Positions 61,701 to 64,000 of a DNA stretch of 64,000 nucleotides are shown one piece after another (position 1 is the first letter of the stretch; each line of letters starts with the position of its first letter). The stretch is from the NCBI GenBank assembly GCA_013265495.1, contig MU058423.1:8169627-8233626 (forward strand). Direction: 5' to 3'. The position numbers were made by a program, and so were the translations under genes. Source of the DNA: Vicugna vicugna (lineage: Eukaryota). The notes under the pieces are model-generated. The model worked only from the letters and a program-made list of their open reading frames with translations, did no database searches and was not told the DNA's origin.

Positions 61701-62634
61701 TAAAACGCTGCCTCTGCCATCATCGTCTTTTCTCGTTCCATCTCGCTCCCAAGATACAGTTCGTGGTCAGAGCAGACCTGGGGACGTGTACCAGACTACT
61801 TAGTAACTCTATTTTGGCTCCTGCTTCAAAGACGGATGAGCACTGGATCCATTTTCTTTGCCTCGAGGTGCTTCTAGAACCCTGGGACCCAGAGGGTGGC
61901 TAAGAGGACAGCGGCTTTACTCACCATCTTTAGTCATGCTTAAGCCTTCCCAACTGAGGGGAGCCTACGTTGAAGAATAATTCTCAAGATGCTGAATAAA
62001 TGAAAGAAGTCACTCCACTAATTGTATGGCGAGTAACAGACAATCCTGCACAGAGATGACGTCGCCCACAGCCCCACACAAAGCACTGCACTTAGCAGCA
62101 TAATCCCATCTGGGACACGTTACCGGGAGGCGAGTACGTAACGAGGAGAAGTTATAGCGTTTCCCACTTTGATGAATGAATCAAATCGACTTTCTGAAGT
62201 CCTCTGGGAACATGCATAAAAACCTGGGAAAAGGAACATCCTTCTCTGAGCAACTAAGACCAACTCTCAGGTATTTCCTGGGAATTCCTAGCCAGTGAGG
62301 CCACTCGCTGACCCAACCGTGCATGTCATGCCATTAACCCCAAGCTGGACACTCATTTCCAGGAAGTCTGTCGCACTTGAATCATCATGGCTATAATAAG
62401 CATAAGAGAAAAGGGCAGAAGGCTTTCTCCTGGAAGAAGCCTTTTGTCTCGTTCCAGAGAATTGTTTGCTGAGCGTCAAGCTAGAGTAATACATCCAGTT
62501 TTCATGATTCTTCATGAAAGAGATTAATGATTCGTTACTGAATGCACCAGAAAAAATAGAACCTCACCAGTACTCCTGTGGCAATTGATAAAACTGAACT
62601 AGACTCCCGGGTCGATCACTTACTGCATGTACAT

Positions 62635-62975
62635 CTATGGGAAAGTTGTTAAGCCCCTCAAAGACTTCATTTTCTCACCTGTAAAATAAAGGTAATGCCA
62701 ACTGCCTTAAAGGTGGTTGCGAGGATTGAGTGGATGTCATCACAGCAGGGGAATTAAGAGCTGCTCTTTGCCACCAGCCCCGTTCTATTCACAATGGCTC
62801 TTTACCAGCTGTGTGCCTTTGGACAAGTTACTTACTCTCTCTGAGCCTCAGTTTCTTCACAATAATAACAGCTCCTTATGGTGTTGTTACGAGGATGAAA
62901 AGAGTTAACACAGGTAAAAGGCTGAGAGCAGTGCCTGGCACATGGTAACCACTCACAATTGTGACGATTGTTACT
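62635..62975 (+). mobile_element. two MIR fragments in tandem
   Basis: 'ttttctcacctgtaaaat...gttgcgaggattgag' and 'ctttggacaagttacttactctctctgagcctcagtttctt...cagtgcctggcacatggtaa'. Confidence 0.8.
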
Positions 62976-63339
62976 GTAGGCAAAGCACTGCACATTCTAG
63001 ACACTCAACACACAGGACTTCTCTCTCTCCTCCGTTCTCTTGGCAAACTCCGAGGGAAACATTAGGTGCCATTACTCAGTACCTGTTTTCCAGTTCCTCT
63101 GCGTAAATCGGGATTACACAGAGGACTGTCCCCTTATCTCCATGCACACAGACCTCTTTGCCTCATTTCCCACTGGAAATATTCCAGACGTGACTGACCC
63201 CAAGTCCAACAAAAGTGACCTCTAAAGCCCTCCCGACAAAAAAATATGCCATCCCTCCAACCACCTGGCCTTAGCCAAAACATACACCCCTCAACTCACC
63301 AGCCCACCCAGGTGCTTCAGATACCCAGGATTCCATGAC

Positions 63340-64000
63340 CCAGCAAATATTTGCAGAACACCTGCCATATAAAAACGTTAAGAAGGACACAAGGAGGGAG
63401 CAGTCATGAATTCTGCCTCAGGAACCTGACGACTAGTAGGGGAGAGGAGGAACAGAAGGCACAGGGTGATGGCCCCCATGAGAGAGGAACAGAGGGGATC
63501 AGGAAAGGCTTCCAGGAGGAGGTGACACTGGGACATCATCTTAATCACTGTGTAGCATCCATGTGAATGGGGAATTCCAAATGGAAGGAAGTATGGGAGC
63601 AAAGGTTTAGCCGCCAGAAAACATGGGACGCCCACTAGGAAGGGTACATCGTCTTCTCGGGCAGGAGCCTAGGATAAATAAAAAGCAAGAGCAGGAGACT
63701 GAAATGTTTAATTTTTAGAGCAGAACTGAGAAAGCGTCAGCGTATCTATAAAGTGGGGAGCCAGTGAAGGTTTTGAAAGGCAAGGAAGTGATGGGACTCA
63801 AGCTGGTTCTTGGATGGCAAATCTAACAGCACTGAGGAAGGTGAATTTGAGAGGGGAAGCAGGAGTTAGGAGATTATTACACAAGTTTAGGTCGGCTGTC
63901 GGTGAGGGTGGGATGGGAGAATGATAAAGATACCGGATGTGGTGGCCACAGATCTTGACCAGAGATTGGATTTGGAGGTGAAAAGAGGAAGAAACTGAGC
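63340..64000 (-). mobile_element. L2 3' region (continues past window end)
   Basis: 'cagcaaatatttgcagaacacctgcc...atcaggaaaggcttccaggaggaggtgacact...ggggagccagtgaagggtttt'. Confidence 0.8.

Overview
Mammalian, almost certainly camelid (camel/alpaca), non-coding DNA. The assignment rests on three copies of the tRNA-Ala-derived Vic-1-type SINE and several cetartiodactyl-type L1 3' ends. I recognise no protein-coding exon, RNA gene, CRISPR array or intact viral ORF, and the ORF track is mostly chance ORFs. The window is a mosaic of transposon fossils (L1, L2, L3/CR1, an RTE-like endonuclease relic, MIR, MaLR/ERV LTRs, MER5A, MER58), with a 524-nt N gap at 4669-5192. Between the repeats lie candidate regulatory blocks: a CpG island at about 57.7-59.3 kb with a near-perfect CTCF site, a homeodomain-motif cluster at about 49.9-50.9 kb, and a STAT plus double AP-1 module at 53.2 kb. 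The most interesting sequence-level observations are a long CR1/L3 ORF2 fossil split by an L2, a decayed APE-endonuclease fossil, an L1 with a probable 3' transduction, and a tail-only insertion between 16-bp target-site duplications. I found no convincing novel biological system. Repeat family names come from recalled consensus sequences, boundaries are approximate, and all need RepeatMasker/Dfam confirmation.
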